Origin: Octopus bimaculoides | Lineage: Eukaryota | NCBI RefSeq assembly: GCF_001194135.2 | Contig: NC_068986.1 | Span: forward strand, 111,709,301-111,773,300 | Reading direction: 5' to 3' | DNA length: 64,000 bases | In this document: positions 36,871 to 51,059 of the stretch, piece by piece | Layout: the number at the start of each line of letters is the position of its first letter | Numbering within the stretch: position 1 is the first letter of the stretch | Notes under the pieces: generated by a model | The model's database searches: none | What the model was told of the DNA's origin: nothing | Seen by the model: only the letters and a program-made list of their open reading frames with translations | Program-made: the position numbers and the translations under genes

Positions 36871-39239
36871 TAAACTTAGAACATCAGGACGGGCGAATTG
36901 TCCTTAAGCATTTTGTTCGTTGCGATAACGATTCTGCCAGCTCGCTGTCTTAAATATAACAATATATATCGCAAGAGAAACAAAACACAATGAAAGCGAA
37001 ACAAATGCAGGCCAATGGGCTGACATGATGCACAAGACGGAAAATGTTTTGGTGAATTTAAGATCAATGAGAAAATCGCAGAAATTTTGCGCTTAAAACT
37101 TCCAGGTAATACGATAACGGACCGACCTGAACCAGAATGTTTATAGGAGGACGTTTGTCTGTAAGTGTGTAGTTGTATGCGTATGTGTGTGAGGTGGTGC
37201 GTATGTGGGAGGGTGTACGTGTGTTGTGAGTATGTGCGTGCGTCGGGATTATAGTTGATCTGGCTGTCCTAAGATATATGAAGATACTAAAATTCATTTT
37301 CAGAAATAACTCACATTGTTTTAGATCTGATGTCTCGTCAAAAATGGTAAGGAACAATCTTGTAGAATTAGAATAATAACATGATACATAATATATTAAT
37401 ATAAGATGAAATAATTTCTAAATTTGTCATTATTTTATAGTGGAATAACATTTACTATACCCTCCGGCAATAGATATAAAATCGAACTGTGAATTACTAT
37501 TTTTTATCAAGACAAAAATGAAATAATTGATGAAGAAATAAAATGTATAAATGCAAATCACAGAAGATTAAATAACCATAACCAAAAGCAGGCAGAGAAA
37601 TTCTCTAATCAGTGGCTTCTTCGGACAGCCGTCCAGTTGGACTCATCTCACGATAGATATGCTAGCATGCAAAGAATTATATACTGGATATTGTAGTCCG
37701 CGATTCAGTGGTATACGAGGTGTTCAGGGCTGAAACACCTTTGATTGGATTACTGATCTTTCAGGCTAAGGTGTACAGAAATCTTAATAGCAACTCTTTT
37801 GTCGTATCTCAAGGGTACTCTGATTCATTGTTCGACTGAATAATTAATCAAGCAATCGATGGAATGGTGAAATGGTTAATCAAAACACTAATAAATATAA
37901 AGATGTGAAAGAGAACCAGTGTGTGTGTGCGTTTATTACTGACATAATGGCCTGGCTAAGGACAAAATATACATATTTCAAAACATAATTTTACATGAAT
38001 AATCTTGGAAATCGAATACAAAATAAAAAAAAAAGGGAAAGAGAGAAAGAGACACTTCAGAGAAAACGATGCTCATTAGAATATATATTTCGTAAAATAT
38101 ACAAGTTATATATTTCTGCCAACAACTGTGACACAAGTGGCTCTTCAATACGAAATGAAAATACATTATTTAGGATTAGATAAATTGTGATGATGTAGTT
38201 AATATGTTCAATATTTTTATATTATTCATAGCTTTCATCGCGAACGACTTAATTGAATACAAACGATATAATAAAAATCGCATACCAAATCCAATTTAGC
38301 ACTGCATCTTAACAAAAGTAATAAAACTACTTCTTTTTGAAATAACGCATGTATCACAGAAATATCTAGGTTGTCTGTGTCCAAGTGAGTGGCATGGAAG
38401 GAGCTATTTATGGTCTGAAGATGTTACACTGTTCAGCTCTCCATAGAGTTCCTTCTATCATCATATAACCTTTGAATGGTAAACATCTGTCTAGCAACAG
38501 CATACATAAAGTTAAACTGTTACTAGATGTAGAAAGAAATTCGGATCATAAATGTTTAATTAGAGAATTAAAGATGGACAAAATCTATGACTTCCCAGCA
38601 AAATTTCCTTCCTGTTGTCACAATTTTGTAATTAATTCAGTGGAGTAATCACTAGTATCAATCTCCTTGGTAGCGGCGAGATTGCATACTTGATGGCACC
38701 TGCTCTGTCTCAGGACCTACCATGTAAGAAACAGAATAAATCCCAATGTTGAACTTATATTCACGATTTGGGAGTAGGAGTCACTCATATAAAGTAACTA
38801 GATGTATTTATTCTACTAGGTATCCCTTTGGTAATAAATCGGTCATTCTAGGAATAGAATTTCTTTTTCAGTTACTGCCAATTCAAACAAGAATATACGC
38901 GTCAATGTGGCTTCAGATGTATCTGGTGCTTTGTTGGCTATCACACGTGCCACGTGCTGATGTTATGTTACTCTAGACCAGCATTCTCTCAGTGTAACTG
39001 TTCTCGTCAGCGTTCCGGCTTTCGCATTTGACGAAATACGTTGTTTTATATCAAATATCTTCACCGTCAAATTATTTCGAAATTAAGTTATGAATTTTTG
39101 ATTAATGTTCTGTTTGATCCTTAACTTACTATTAAATAACACTCTTACTCAGAGTATTTTGTCTGTTACTATTCGTAGGATACGTTTGATCTACTGAGTA
39201 GTAATAAGTCGTTCAAGTCTTCTAACCACCATTTCTATT

Positions 39240-39432
39240 ATAGGCACAAAGCCTGTGATTGGGGTGGAGGAGGGAGCTAATCGATTATATCGACCACAGT
39301 GTTTCACTGGTGCTCAATCTATCGATCCTCGGAAGGGGGAAAACAAAAGTCGACATTAGCAGAATTTGAACTCAGAACGTAGCGGCGGGGAAATACCGTT
39401 AAGCTCTTTGTCCAGCGTGCTCGCCGCCTTGA
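39240..39432 (-). mobile_element. SINE, near full length
   Basis: atcgattatatcgaccacagtg...aaagtcgacattagcagaatttgaactcagaacgta...ctcgccgcctt. Confidence 0.9.
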
Positions 39433-41010
39433 AACGTTCTAATAACATTGAAACATGTTCATTGCATTCAATAATTGGCTCCTGAAACAAGATCCACTCA
39501 CTGAATTTTTTAAACTAATTTTAAATATTGAAAATGTTCCATCTTATTACAGAGACCTGTCTTTTGGGTTGTTTTACATTTTCTGTGTATATAGAATTAT
39601 TATGCTAATTAAGTTGACAGCATCTGTTAACCGACAGTTTATGCAGGCTTATTTGAAGTGTAAAGTTTATTCTGAAGAAGTATTGTACAAGTGTGCTTAT
39701 ACCTAAAGAGCGTTCGTATTAGCCATGTATTAGGGACAATACTTTTGACCATACTCCTTCCAAAATATCCTATCGCATTCTGAATTTATGAACGATAAAA
39801 TCGATTCTTCTTCTTATTATTGTTGTTGATGATGGTGTTGTTGTTCTTGTTATCAATATTACGAATATCAAAAGTGGTGATATTTCTCCTCATGACGTTG
39901 TTACATTTGTAACATTTTAACTTTTGCTTGCTACACATTATTTTGGTAAATTCAACTATTTATTTATTTGCGTCTTTATTTATTTGTGTATCATTGTATC
40001 TTTTTTTTGTCGCCATTGACGGAATTAATAATTTTCATTTCACTTCTTTCAATTTTTAGCGCTTTTAATATATATTTCCATTTACAGAGGACATTCGCCA
40101 ACATCTACACCACCGGTTCTTCGCTTTGATACACTTTCCACATTCACTTGCATACGTCTTGCTTTTGTAATATTACTGGTTCTTTCTTGCTAATATTCAT
40201 AGCACCATATTTTGCTGTAGCTTCAGTTTATATATATGTATGAATATATATATATTTTTTTAATTTTAGGGATTTGACTTTTTTTTGTTTTGTCATTTTT
40301 AAAGGGAATTTTTATACTTGCTATTCTTTCTTCCTTGTATTTTTGGTTGTTATCAGATACATTCTTTCATCTTTTATATTAGTAATTTCCCCCTCATGCA
40401 GCATGATGTTTGTCATTTCGACGTTTCATCTCCTCCTACCTCTCCTATTATTATTATCATTATTATTATTCCTATTACCATCATTATTATTTTTTCCCCT
40501 CATTCACCGTACTCATATATTTTAACATTTCTGCATGCGTATGCGAGTATGTCATTTAATCTATCTTTCTGTCTCTGTCTATTTCTATCTCTATCCTGCT
40601 CCCTCTCTCGTTCATATTTCTGAACAACGCCCATAATATTTTATTACTATTTTTACGTATAGCATCCATACCATTGCTTTTGAACTACATAAGTTTTTGC
40701 TTTATATGTTTTTGTTATTTTGTCCCTATCATTTTGAGTCCGAATCCAAAGTTTCTCTACACCGCATAACGTGATTCCATTCAATTAGATCCTACACTTA
40801 TTTCATTATACACACACAAACGTAATCACATACACCTGCGTATGTATGGGTACACACTGACACACACGCACACATATGTAGATACATATATATATATATA
40901 TATATANNNNNNNNNNNNNNNNNNNNNNNNNNNNNNNNNNNNNNNNNNNNNNNNNNNNATACGTACATACAAACATACGTATATGTATGTACATATATAT
41001 ATAAATATAA

Positions 41011-41053
<43 letters not shown>

Positions 41054-41202
41054 TACACTCTCACATATTGATGAATAAATATATCGGAAACCATAACAGA
41101 CTGACACACTCATATGCATAGAGAAGGGTATAGGTGGGTATATATATGAAAATATGCACACACACAAACATATGTATAAATGTATATATGTATGCATGTA
41201 TA

Positions 41203-41302
<100 letters not shown>

Positions 41303-41456
41303 TATATGCGTGTGTGTGTGTTTGTGTCTGTGCGTGCGCGCGTGTGCGTACATCTATGTATAGACAGGTATATACGTGCAGAAATACATGGATGTGCTCA
41401 CCTATGTATACCCATGTATATTTCCATTTGTTTACATATATTTTTGCACACACACG

Positions 41457-41492
<36 letters not shown>

Positions 41493-42691
41493 CATATACA
41501 ACACATAAATAAAATACATGTGCGCATTCACGCGCATGCACACTCGCAAGCAAACACGCACGTTCACACGCAGGCATGTACATACACATAGATATGCGCA
41601 CACAACTTCCTATATACATATATCCATAAAACATATCGTTCGTCGTCACAGAGTCATCAGTCAATGTAATATGCAGGTCTTTCTACTATATTCAACACAA
41701 TAACAATTAGCATGTGAGTTTCATTGTTAGCTATTTTCCATGTATATTGAATTGATCTTTGATGCTTCTCCTTCTATTGACCTAACTTCACGTTTATGAA
41801 TAATAATACATTCATATACAACCATGTTCACTGCACCTTCCAGAATCTCCCTTTCCCGTAACCGTTGTGTTGAGGTTATTATGCAATATTCTTTTCTATG
41901 TTATTCATTGTGTATGTTTTACCTTGGTAACAGGATTTCTTTTCATTGTTAGATGGAATCTCATAGAGAAGTACACACATCCATGTACACGCGTGTATAT
42001 TTGTATGGGTATGACTGCGTCTGTGTGATTGCGTGGGTGTGTGTGCGTGTGATTGCGTGTGTGTGGAAACGTGTTTGTGTGTGTGTCTGTGCGTTTGTCT
42101 GTGTGAGTGTGTGTGTATGTTTGACGATATCTCATACTTATATCGACAATAATATCGTAGCTTGGGCATACATGTCGAAATATATGGGCATGATGCATTA
42201 AGATCTGTGTACATGTGCTTTGATATGTATAGCTAAGCTACTATTTTAGTGTGCTAAATAGATTTAAGTATGAGATAATTTAAGATATTAATACTCAAAT
42301 ATAGATAATAGGATTGTCTATTTCCTTTGACTTCTTTAAAATTTCCTTTATAATTGAAGTATTTTATATTATCAGGAGAGATATTTTTGCTGCATATGTT
42401 GTGAAAATGTGCATGTGTGTATATTTATGTGAGTGTGTGTGTGTGTATGATCGTGCGTGTGTGTAAATGTGATTGTGTGTATGTGTCTTCCTATGTGATT
42501 GTGTTTGTGTGTGCAACTGCGTGTGAGCATCTGCGTGTATATACGTGGAGTACGTAATAATATAGAAAAAATATACGTCACTGGCTGCCATTGTATAGAA
42601 ACCAGTTAAGAATATCATCATATGCTTGCCAATTCTATTCACAGATAAGGCCTTTTACCAGAGTGTGTCAACATAACAGCAACGCACTTAC

Positions 42692-42749
42692 CTTAAGTGG
42701 CTCCAAAGATAAAATCCAATGCGCAATAAACGCCAGAAACTAACGGAGC
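42692..42749 (-). CDS. Candidate 58-nt exon (SVSFWRLLRIGFYLWSHL)
   Basis: Consensus donor AAG|gtaagt, acceptor cattcatattctttataaag, one open frame. No homology established. Confidence 0.22.
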
Positions 42750-43069
42750 CTTTATAAAGAATATGAATGTAAACCACAATGGCTCACCCATTTTCAGTCT
42801 CAATGCCCTCAAGGTGCTTATAGGACATTTTTTTTCTACCTTTGACGCCCATTAATATTTCCAAATGCCACAGATTCCAGAAAATATTCAGCAGAAAATA
42901 TGTCAAACCAAGATACCAGTGTATATCTAAAGTGTATGGCATTTAGCATATGTCGATACAATTTTAGATCGCTTTAGTTTCCTTTCATGCAAAAGTTCTT
43001 AAATTCCCCGCTAGAAAGTCTACTTTACTCTATACACCAAAGACGGATTCTGCTTCTTAATGTAGGTAG

Positions 43070-43257
43070 TGAAACGTGTGGGTGTCTTCACTGAGGTTTT
43101 GTCTGTGTTCCTTTCTGTGGAAGAACGTAGGCTCGAAACGCTAAAGACTTTTTTCACTTCATGAGCGTTATACTAATACATCTGTTTGTTTTCTACACCA
43201 CCTGTCTTCGACTTTTGTTTTTTTTAATTCTCCCTATATATATATATATATATATAT
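43070..43257 (+). mobile_element. Short dispersed element with a hammerhead-like head, ending in (TA)n
   Basis: ctgtggaagaacgtaggctcgaaacgct (core-like GAAGA, stem II-like acgtaggctc, then GAAAC) followed by the body shared with 325-428. Confidence 0.65.
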
Positions 43258-44679
43258 NNNNNNNNNNNNNNNNNNNNNNNNNNNNNNNNNNNNNNNNNNN
43301 NNNNNNNNNNNNNNNNNNNNNNNNNNNNNNNNNNNNNNNNNNNNNNNNNNNNNNNNNNNNNNNNNNNNNNNNNNNNNNNNNNNNNNNNNNNNNNNNNNNN
43401 NNNNNNNNNNNNNNNNNNNNNNNNNNNNNNNNNNNNNNNNNNNNNNNNNNNNNNNNNNNNNNNNNNNNNNNNNNNNNNNNNATATATATATACGCATTTA
43501 CAAATATATATACAGTTATATTTAGACAAACGCACCACACATACACACACGAACACACATATACACATACGCATACACACACTCCCCCCTCATATATATA
43601 TAGATATATAATGATTAGAAATGTTTTGCACACATGCGTATGTAAGACCATGAAAAGCCTTTCATTTACATGTTTCGCAAAGTCTGAAAGAATATAATAG
43701 CAGATAGTTATAGCTATAAACACTCTAACATTGATATGAGCGAGTAAAAGAGTGAATGTGTTGCCCCAGTATGGCTACATTGTAATACTGACCGTAGTAA
43801 AGAACAAAAAACATAATTGAACTAGTGATTATATGTTCAATATTGTCATCTATATATTGCGTTGCACAATCTTAAGATTGAATATTTTCTCTGATGCTTC
43901 TGTTCGACGTATATTGTGATATTGGTGATTATTGTTTACGTCCTCTAACTATAAAATGTTACGTTAGTAACTTTACATTATAACTGTCAGTGAAGGTTAC
44001 CATTTAACATGGAATATGTCACTTTATAATAATATGCATTTCCACAACAGTCCAATTCCAATTTTCCGTACCTCTTAGGTATTACTACGACTAAGAACAT
44101 TTATATCAACTTTCACCTATATAACTTCAGCTTCACTTTCTCAATACCATATACAATACAATACAACCAAAGCTTACACTTAGCATTTACGTTATTATTT
44201 GTTCTTGTACGGAAGTATACTATACAAGTACTATAACAGTAAGAATTAAACTGCTTACCGTTGTGAAATCGTGGCAAGTATCCAACGTTAGATTTGGCTC
44301 GATAATAGCAATCTGCGTCTTCTACCTATTGTGCTAAGTATCTTTTTTATCTTTATTCTTCTAATATATCTCTCATTCATAGTTTTTTTTTTGTTGGGGT
44401 ATCAGAGAGACTTTGATATCTTTAGAAGTTTCGTTAGAGAATAAATTCGCACGTGTAATATTTTGTAATATTTCTTCATATTGGAGAGTATGCAGATAAA
44501 AGTAGCCTTTGAATCAAATATATTGGTAATTTTAAAGACACATAAACACACATATACAAATATACTCACACATTAAGATTACACCGTAAATGAGTTATTA
44601 TGTTCAAATATACACAAACAGTGTTGCGTTAAATATTCGTATATTCTTTGATAAATGCTTTAATTTAGACACAAGGCCA

Positions 44680-44850
44680 GCAATTTTATGGAAGGGAGAT
44701 AATCATTAAAATTGACTCCAGTACATAATTAGAACTTCATTTTATCAACCTCAGAGGACTGAAAAGAAGAGCTAGCGTCTGACCGAAATGAATTTCTAAA
44801 GCAACTTTTTGATATTCTAATAATTCTGTCAGCTGCCGGTTTAAAACCTT
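44680..44850 (-). mobile_element. Old SINE
   Basis: caaggccagcaattt...ttgactccagtac...ttttatcaacctcagaggactgaaa...ctgtcagctgcc. Confidence 0.6.
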
Positions 44851-44930
44851 CCCCATACTCCTATGACCTGGTCACATATACATTTAGTTACATCTGTTTC
44901 ATACTGGCCCAGTATACTTTCTCAGTAGTC

Positions 44931-44978
44931 AAATTGTATGATTGACTCTAACTTAAATTGTATGATTGACTTTAACTT
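44931..44978. repeat. 24-bp tandem duplication (one mismatch)
   Basis: aaattgtatgattgactctaactt / aaattgtatgattgactttaactt. Confidence 0.92.
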
Positions 44979-47539
44979 AATCAACATTAAATGTAAATGT
45001 TTCAATGCTTTTGGATGGTAAATTTCACTTCAATTGCTCCAATTTCATCACACGATTTCTGATCAAGAGAATTTCCATGCTAGTAAGATCTGATATCATT
45101 TCATATGATATAGCCATATAATGGCATAAATCAAAAGACTGCCAAATTAAAACTTGGAGAATCCGAGTAAGGGAGGAAAAGACATCAAAGCTAAAATTTC
45201 GGAAGTTTAATTTAAAATATGCATCTAAGTAAACTGGTGGTTTAAGGAATGAGCTTTAGCAAGTCGAGAGCAAGATAAACAATGTGGAATACAAATGACG
45301 CGTAATTTGTTTGCATCATAATGGACTTCATTATATAATGTAGGGGACGTCTGTGGAATAAAAAATACGAAGGGCACAACATGTATGATCTTATGTTTCT
45401 TAGATGAAGCATGCTTCTGTGCTAATCATACCATTCAATCCTTTCTCCTTAGCATCGGTTATTGAACCTTAATCTCTCTCCCAACTGAAATGTTCATTTG
45501 TCTTTCTTTATATTTGACACACTGTCTCACGTTAGTAAATAGCTCCGACTACAGCGTCCCTGGTTACATTTACTCTTTGATAATAAAACGACAGTAAAAT
45601 CTGTTTTATTGAAAACATTTAATGAGGAAGCCTTTTGGTGTAACCCAACCCATTAGAAATAACAGCTTAGTTTTCAAAACCTTAATTAACATCTTCATGA
45701 ATAAAATGACTCGCTGGAAAATATACACTGACATAAAAAAAAATATATGACTTTGTAGAATTCTTAGCACCGTATACCTAATTATTTATAGTATAAAATA
45801 CGCGATGTGATGTGCCTGGATTCCAGCAACGTATTGAACAACAATATCAGAAATGGATTGAATGTGTTCTTATGTCGCGGTGTGTTCCTTAATGGAAAGA
45901 AAATTATGTATATAGACATGGATGAGTATGAAAATATGATCCAGCGATGGTACATAAATCATAGTCATCAGTAAATTGCTTCGAGATTAGCAGAAATAAA
46001 GACTTCAAAATATGTAGACGAGTAGTTTCGGTTAACTATAATCAAACCTCACAAAACTGCCCCTCAAGAATTTGAAAGTCAAGAAAGATGGTTTTCTTCA
46101 AGAGGACGCTCGTTTTCTGAAGCCGAAGCCTGGTATGGTTTGTTTCAAAAGAGAATAATTGCCTTTCTTTCAATAGAAAATATTTCATAATTGCGTTGTC
46201 CACTAAACGTTTTTGAATTTTCAACATCTAATTCTATACTTATTTCCTAATATCTTTAGAAACCAGTTGTAACCGAAAAGAAATTTATCAGTCGTGTCGG
46301 AAGAATTTTTCTCACACGAAGTTCCGCTTATTCGTGTTTAGAATTTTAATTTCTTTCATAAAAACTGAAACCGTAAATTCAAAGAGAACGAACTATATAT
46401 CGTTTGGTTTTAGATTTACACCAATACATGACTCTTGACTGCCTTCGGCAGAATTCTCCTTTTTAAAAGCACTTGGCAAGGTCACCAGCTTGAAGATAAC
46501 TTATTCATTCCTTACTACCAGTCACAGAGATTCTGAAAATGGAATTCTTTCTTCTGACTAAGCAATTAAAGAAACAAAAATACCAATTCACAATTTCTTT
46601 AACTCAATCAGAGTGATTCGAAATGTAAAGAGTAGAGACCATTATAAAATAAATAAATAATAATGTTTCTTTCCACGAATTTAAATTCCCCTCAAGACGA
46701 AAATAGCTGTAGGAGAAATATATAAAAACATAGTTCATTAAACGGGACAAGGGAATCGATTAGTCGTTAAGACTGGTTCTCTATAAATATTCCTGTTCAG
46801 AACATTATCAGCTACTTATTTCTGAATGGCTGACTTACACGAAAATGATGGCGGCGGCTGGCTGAATACGACACTGAATTAATGAGCTGCACACACAACA
46901 TCCATATCAGAATACACTTAATGAGCCATGACCGCTAGCTGAATATTGTTGTCGCTACAGGTTTAGCTGCTTCCTAGATTAGTTAAATAGTTTAATACTA
47001 ACTAAGTTTCTTATTTTAGGTGTTTGCATATATATTCCAACGTTCTTGAATAATTCATTGCATTTTGGTGTTTCAAAGAGAAGTGAGGTAATGACAAATT
47101 CCTTGGAAATAAGGAAATTATTTAAATGTATCTGCGTTCGCTGAAAGGAGAAATTTTATCATAATTGAAATCAAAGATTGCAAAATGTAATCTAAGAGAC
47201 CACTGAACACTATTATAAATTCATATACAAACACATATATATACCTATATGCTATATGCTTACGAACAAATATATATATATATATANNNNNNNNNNNNNN
47301 NNNNNNNNNNNNNNNNNNNNNNNNNNNNNNNNNNNNNNNNNNNNNNNNNNNNNNNNNNNNNNNNNNNNNNNNNNNNNNNNNNNNNNNNNNNNNNNNNNNN
47401 NNNNNNNNNNNNNNNNNNNNNNNNNNNNNNNNNNNNNNNNNNNNNNNNNNNNNNNNNNNNNNNNNNNNNNNNNNNNNNNNNNNNNNNNNNNNNNNNNNNN
47501 NNNNNNNNNNNNNNNNNNNNTCAATAAATTGTCGTCTAA

Positions 47540-47835
47540 ATTACGCAAAATTGAAGATAACACTGACATCTCATTTTAAAAGATATATTTACCAAAACTG
47601 CAGAAAAAATATTTTGAAATACTACAGAATAAATTAATTCAGTAATATCGCTATTCGCTTCAACCACGGCCTCCAGACGACTTCGGAATCTCCTGAAACG
47701 CTTCTGGAAATCTCCTAGTTTAAGTTGGTGAATGCTGTCATAGTCCTTGCCTTCAGGTTGCCTTTGGGTTGCAAGGACATTTTTTTGGTCACTTGTGCAA
47801 CTGCACCCCATCTACTATGATAATACTGTTGTGCC
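47540..47835 (-). mobile_element. Tc1/mariner-superfamily transposase 3' end (decayed)
   Basis: WGAVAQVTKK...LKARTMTAFTNLN and RRFRSRLEAVVEANSDITE, the C-terminal helix pattern (..F..RL.AVV.A.G..IE) of IS630-Tc1-mariner transposases. Confidence 0.8.
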
Positions 47836-48159
47836 TTTCTCTGTCACAGCATACGAATTAGAAAGGAAGGGGTGATAGCAAACTTGGTAGCGGGATGATA
47901 GATGATCTACGGTGAAAAAAAATCCAACAGTCTCTCAATTCCGTGTGAGTGTGTGTGTGTGTGGGGGGGGGTGCAATGGAAGTTGGATAGTAAACATTCA
48001 ATGCTGAAAGAAAAGTCAAACAGCGTTTCAACTCACATATTTCAAGCTAAATTTGACCATTCTGTATATCCCTTTTTTCAAGATAACCTTGATGTATTGG
48101 TAAAGGGTAAACGGCGTTGGAGAGAATAAATATTAATGTTGCTGTTGAGAAAAAAGGAG

Positions 48160-48730
48160 CTGACATTTATGACTTGATGCTATCCGAATATTGGAGAAGG
48201 GGTGCACGCTTACTAAGGATTAGCGCTGAGTTTGAAAATAACAACATCATGTCTGCTGCTGGAAGGTTTGTGAACACTGTGACGTCTGTTGAACATGACA
48301 TGGGGAGCTGCAACAGAGTCTGCGAGGTCGTAACCAGCAGGACGGAACATAGTGAGCGTTCTAACTGCGTCCATAAAACGGAATTCATCTCAAATCAGGC
48401 TGTAATATGAAGTTGCTGGAGACGGTGGACAATCCGGGACAATGGGGGTTGCTGTTGGAATGCCATGTGTGTGCTACTAAGTATTAGCTCTTTGTTATAC
48501 TACCTAAAAGAGTCACAAATGGTCGTCAAAAAATGTGGCTTCCTGATTCCCTGTAGGACACGGTTGAGTAAAACACCACCACTCTGCTTGCAGCACCAAT
48601 AGCGAACTGGTGGTGAAAACCAAAGAGGTGTTCGAAGATCTTGACAGGGATACAATGACGAATGTCCCAAGGCTGTAGTGGAAGCTGAAGTTGGTTAGTT
48701 TATGTAAACTGTTGTCTCCCAACCATAATC
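48160..48730 (+). mobile_element. Internally deleted Tc1/mariner-superfamily element
   Basis: An N-terminal-like ...SRTEHSERSNCVHKTEFI is followed by MWLPDS (cf. WPPxSPD), ELVVKTKEVFEDLDRDTMTN and EAVVEAEVG. The C-terminus is homologous to 47540-47835. Confidence 0.65.
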
Positions 48731-48888
48731 AAGTTGATATTTTTTGCTTCTAAAACAATATTTTATGTTGGGATGAAATTTTGCTTTCTTCTTGTCGTTT
48801 TATGCGAAATATCAAATTTAATCCGCACACTCTATACAGAATTACAAGCGCGCACACACACACACAAACATAGATACATACATAATCC

Positions 48889-48922
<34 letters not shown>

Positions 48923-51059
48923 AATTGTGTTAATGTAGTGATGGTGATTAATAGTATCATTGATGTGAAAGGGGAAAATAAGTCAGTGAAACTATTTGCA
49001 TACTAAATATAGTTATAGCTGGGAGGGGTTTCATATACGTAATGTGGGGAGCTGAAAAACATATATCACCTGAGCATACGTAAAATATTTGTTGAAAAAT
49101 ACTCCAGTTATGATGTTAGATCTATATAAAATTAGAGAAGCATGTACGTTTTTCAAATATTCCTTGTTCATGTTCAACATAGTCGAATTATGAATCCAGG
49201 GAAATTGGAACCCTATTTGTAATATCAGAACAACCTCCATGTAATGAAGCATATTTGGTTTGAAAGCACATTTATGTAATGCGGCAATATTGACGTTGAT
49301 AAAACAGATGGGTCATCGATCTACGAAGACTGATAATTAATGAGCAATACCATTCAATTGATGGTAGTTAGGACCAGCGATGTTGACATGCAAAAACAGG
49401 AGGCGTGTGATTTGAGGCTTCTAACATTTGCAGGTCTTATTGGGTTAGTGCTAGCTACATAATAAAGGAATCACCGAAAAGAGATTAATAGAATCATAAT
49501 TCTTGTAGATGAAGTCTGACATGAAACAAAACTGAAAATTTGTAGCCTAATATATAAAGTATTCAGCATATTTTCCTCGATTTTGGTTACATTAGTAATT
49601 AATCACTATTAATTAATTATTCGTTTTAATTTCACCCAATTATTCTTATTATCGATTTCAAAATTGCATTGATCATGAAGGGAGACATTTCAAAGAGTGT
49701 GATTAATTAAAAAAAAACAAGTCAGATCTCACTTAACTAAAACTATGATGTCATTGCTCTTTTAACATTTCGACTGTATTAACATGACTATTTTAATTAT
49801 AAAGATTGAGGTTAACTTTTATTTTGCGGATGGTTATAAATGTTTACCAAAATCGCATAAATTTCTCTGAAATTCGTGTATTTATCGAGCCAATAAGCAA
49901 AGCCTTTTTATAGTGAACCACTTGTATGAAATAGCAATGACTTTTCCCTCATATCTCAAGTGGCATTTTGAAAATAGGACATGAACGCATTGAACAATTT
50001 AGTCTTAAATATACATTAGGGAGGAATAGGGAAGCAGTCGCATCTTTAATCATTTTTCTCCTCAGTTAGAGATGGCATGGCAAGAAGCAACGACACAAAA
50101 TTTATTCATTATTTTAGTCTTATATGTAGTTTCCTTTTCTCATGGCTTTGGTCATAGTTTTGGTCATTGTATAAGGATGAACTGTCATCTTCACTCAACG
50201 AATGATGCAATATGAAAACTGCATTTAATACTAGCTGTCTGATCAAAATGCAGTGAGTTGCATTTGAAGAACTGCCAGAATCTCAGACGAAATGCCCTAC
50301 GATAATGGACAATTTAGTTTTCAGTTTTAATTCCACTGAAATCGATTTTGTAATTGATTCTTCCAGATTTGAGAAAATAACTATTAATCAACTACCAGAG
50401 TCGATTAATCAGCTGTTTCCTGACCCAAAAGTTTTATGGTTGTCTTTACGTAACCAATGTATTAGAGAATTATCTAACAAGACAGATAAGGAAATTGTAC
50501 CTGCACTCCTATAATGCTAGAGACATCGACGAAGACTTCCTCAAACCGTATTTCTGGCACTTTAGACAGTAGCGTCACATAGATAATTACTAGTGAAAAT
50601 ACGTCTGGAAATTTAATTGGATGGGTACAATCAGGCATAATTGGCCACAGCGTTTCTGGTACTGAATAAGCATAAAATCGACAATAATATAGAAGTGTTA
50701 AAAGATTGTTAGAATTCCTTGCTGAGAATCTTCTTTTATTGCACATCCTGGATTCTTTGAAAATAGTAGGGAGGTTTCGCTCCGAATTTTAGCCTTTGAA
50801 TTTTCAGTACACAACTGTATATCACGCGTGAGGCACAATAAAAATCTTGATGAAAGGAAGGGGTCCCTTTTCAAAAAATATTTTTTAACAGGTATGATAT
50901 GATGTAACAACAATATCATAAATATGATTGATATCATAAGAACTCCAACTTATTTCCAGATGTCTAGAGTTACGTGTTTGGGACATGAACTTTATGGTAG
51001 ATTGTAGAAAACAAACCTTCGATCGAAATATCGTGGGATTACACCTAGAAAGTTATCCT

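Noticed and set aside
38944-38956. Tandem CACGTG E-boxes
   Set aside because: Two 6-mers with no supporting promoter context; cannot be distinguished from chance.
46040-46190. Open frame KPHKTAPQEFESQERWFSSRGRSFSEAEAW with a gtatgg donor
   Set aside because: No credible acceptor or start, and no recognisable homology.
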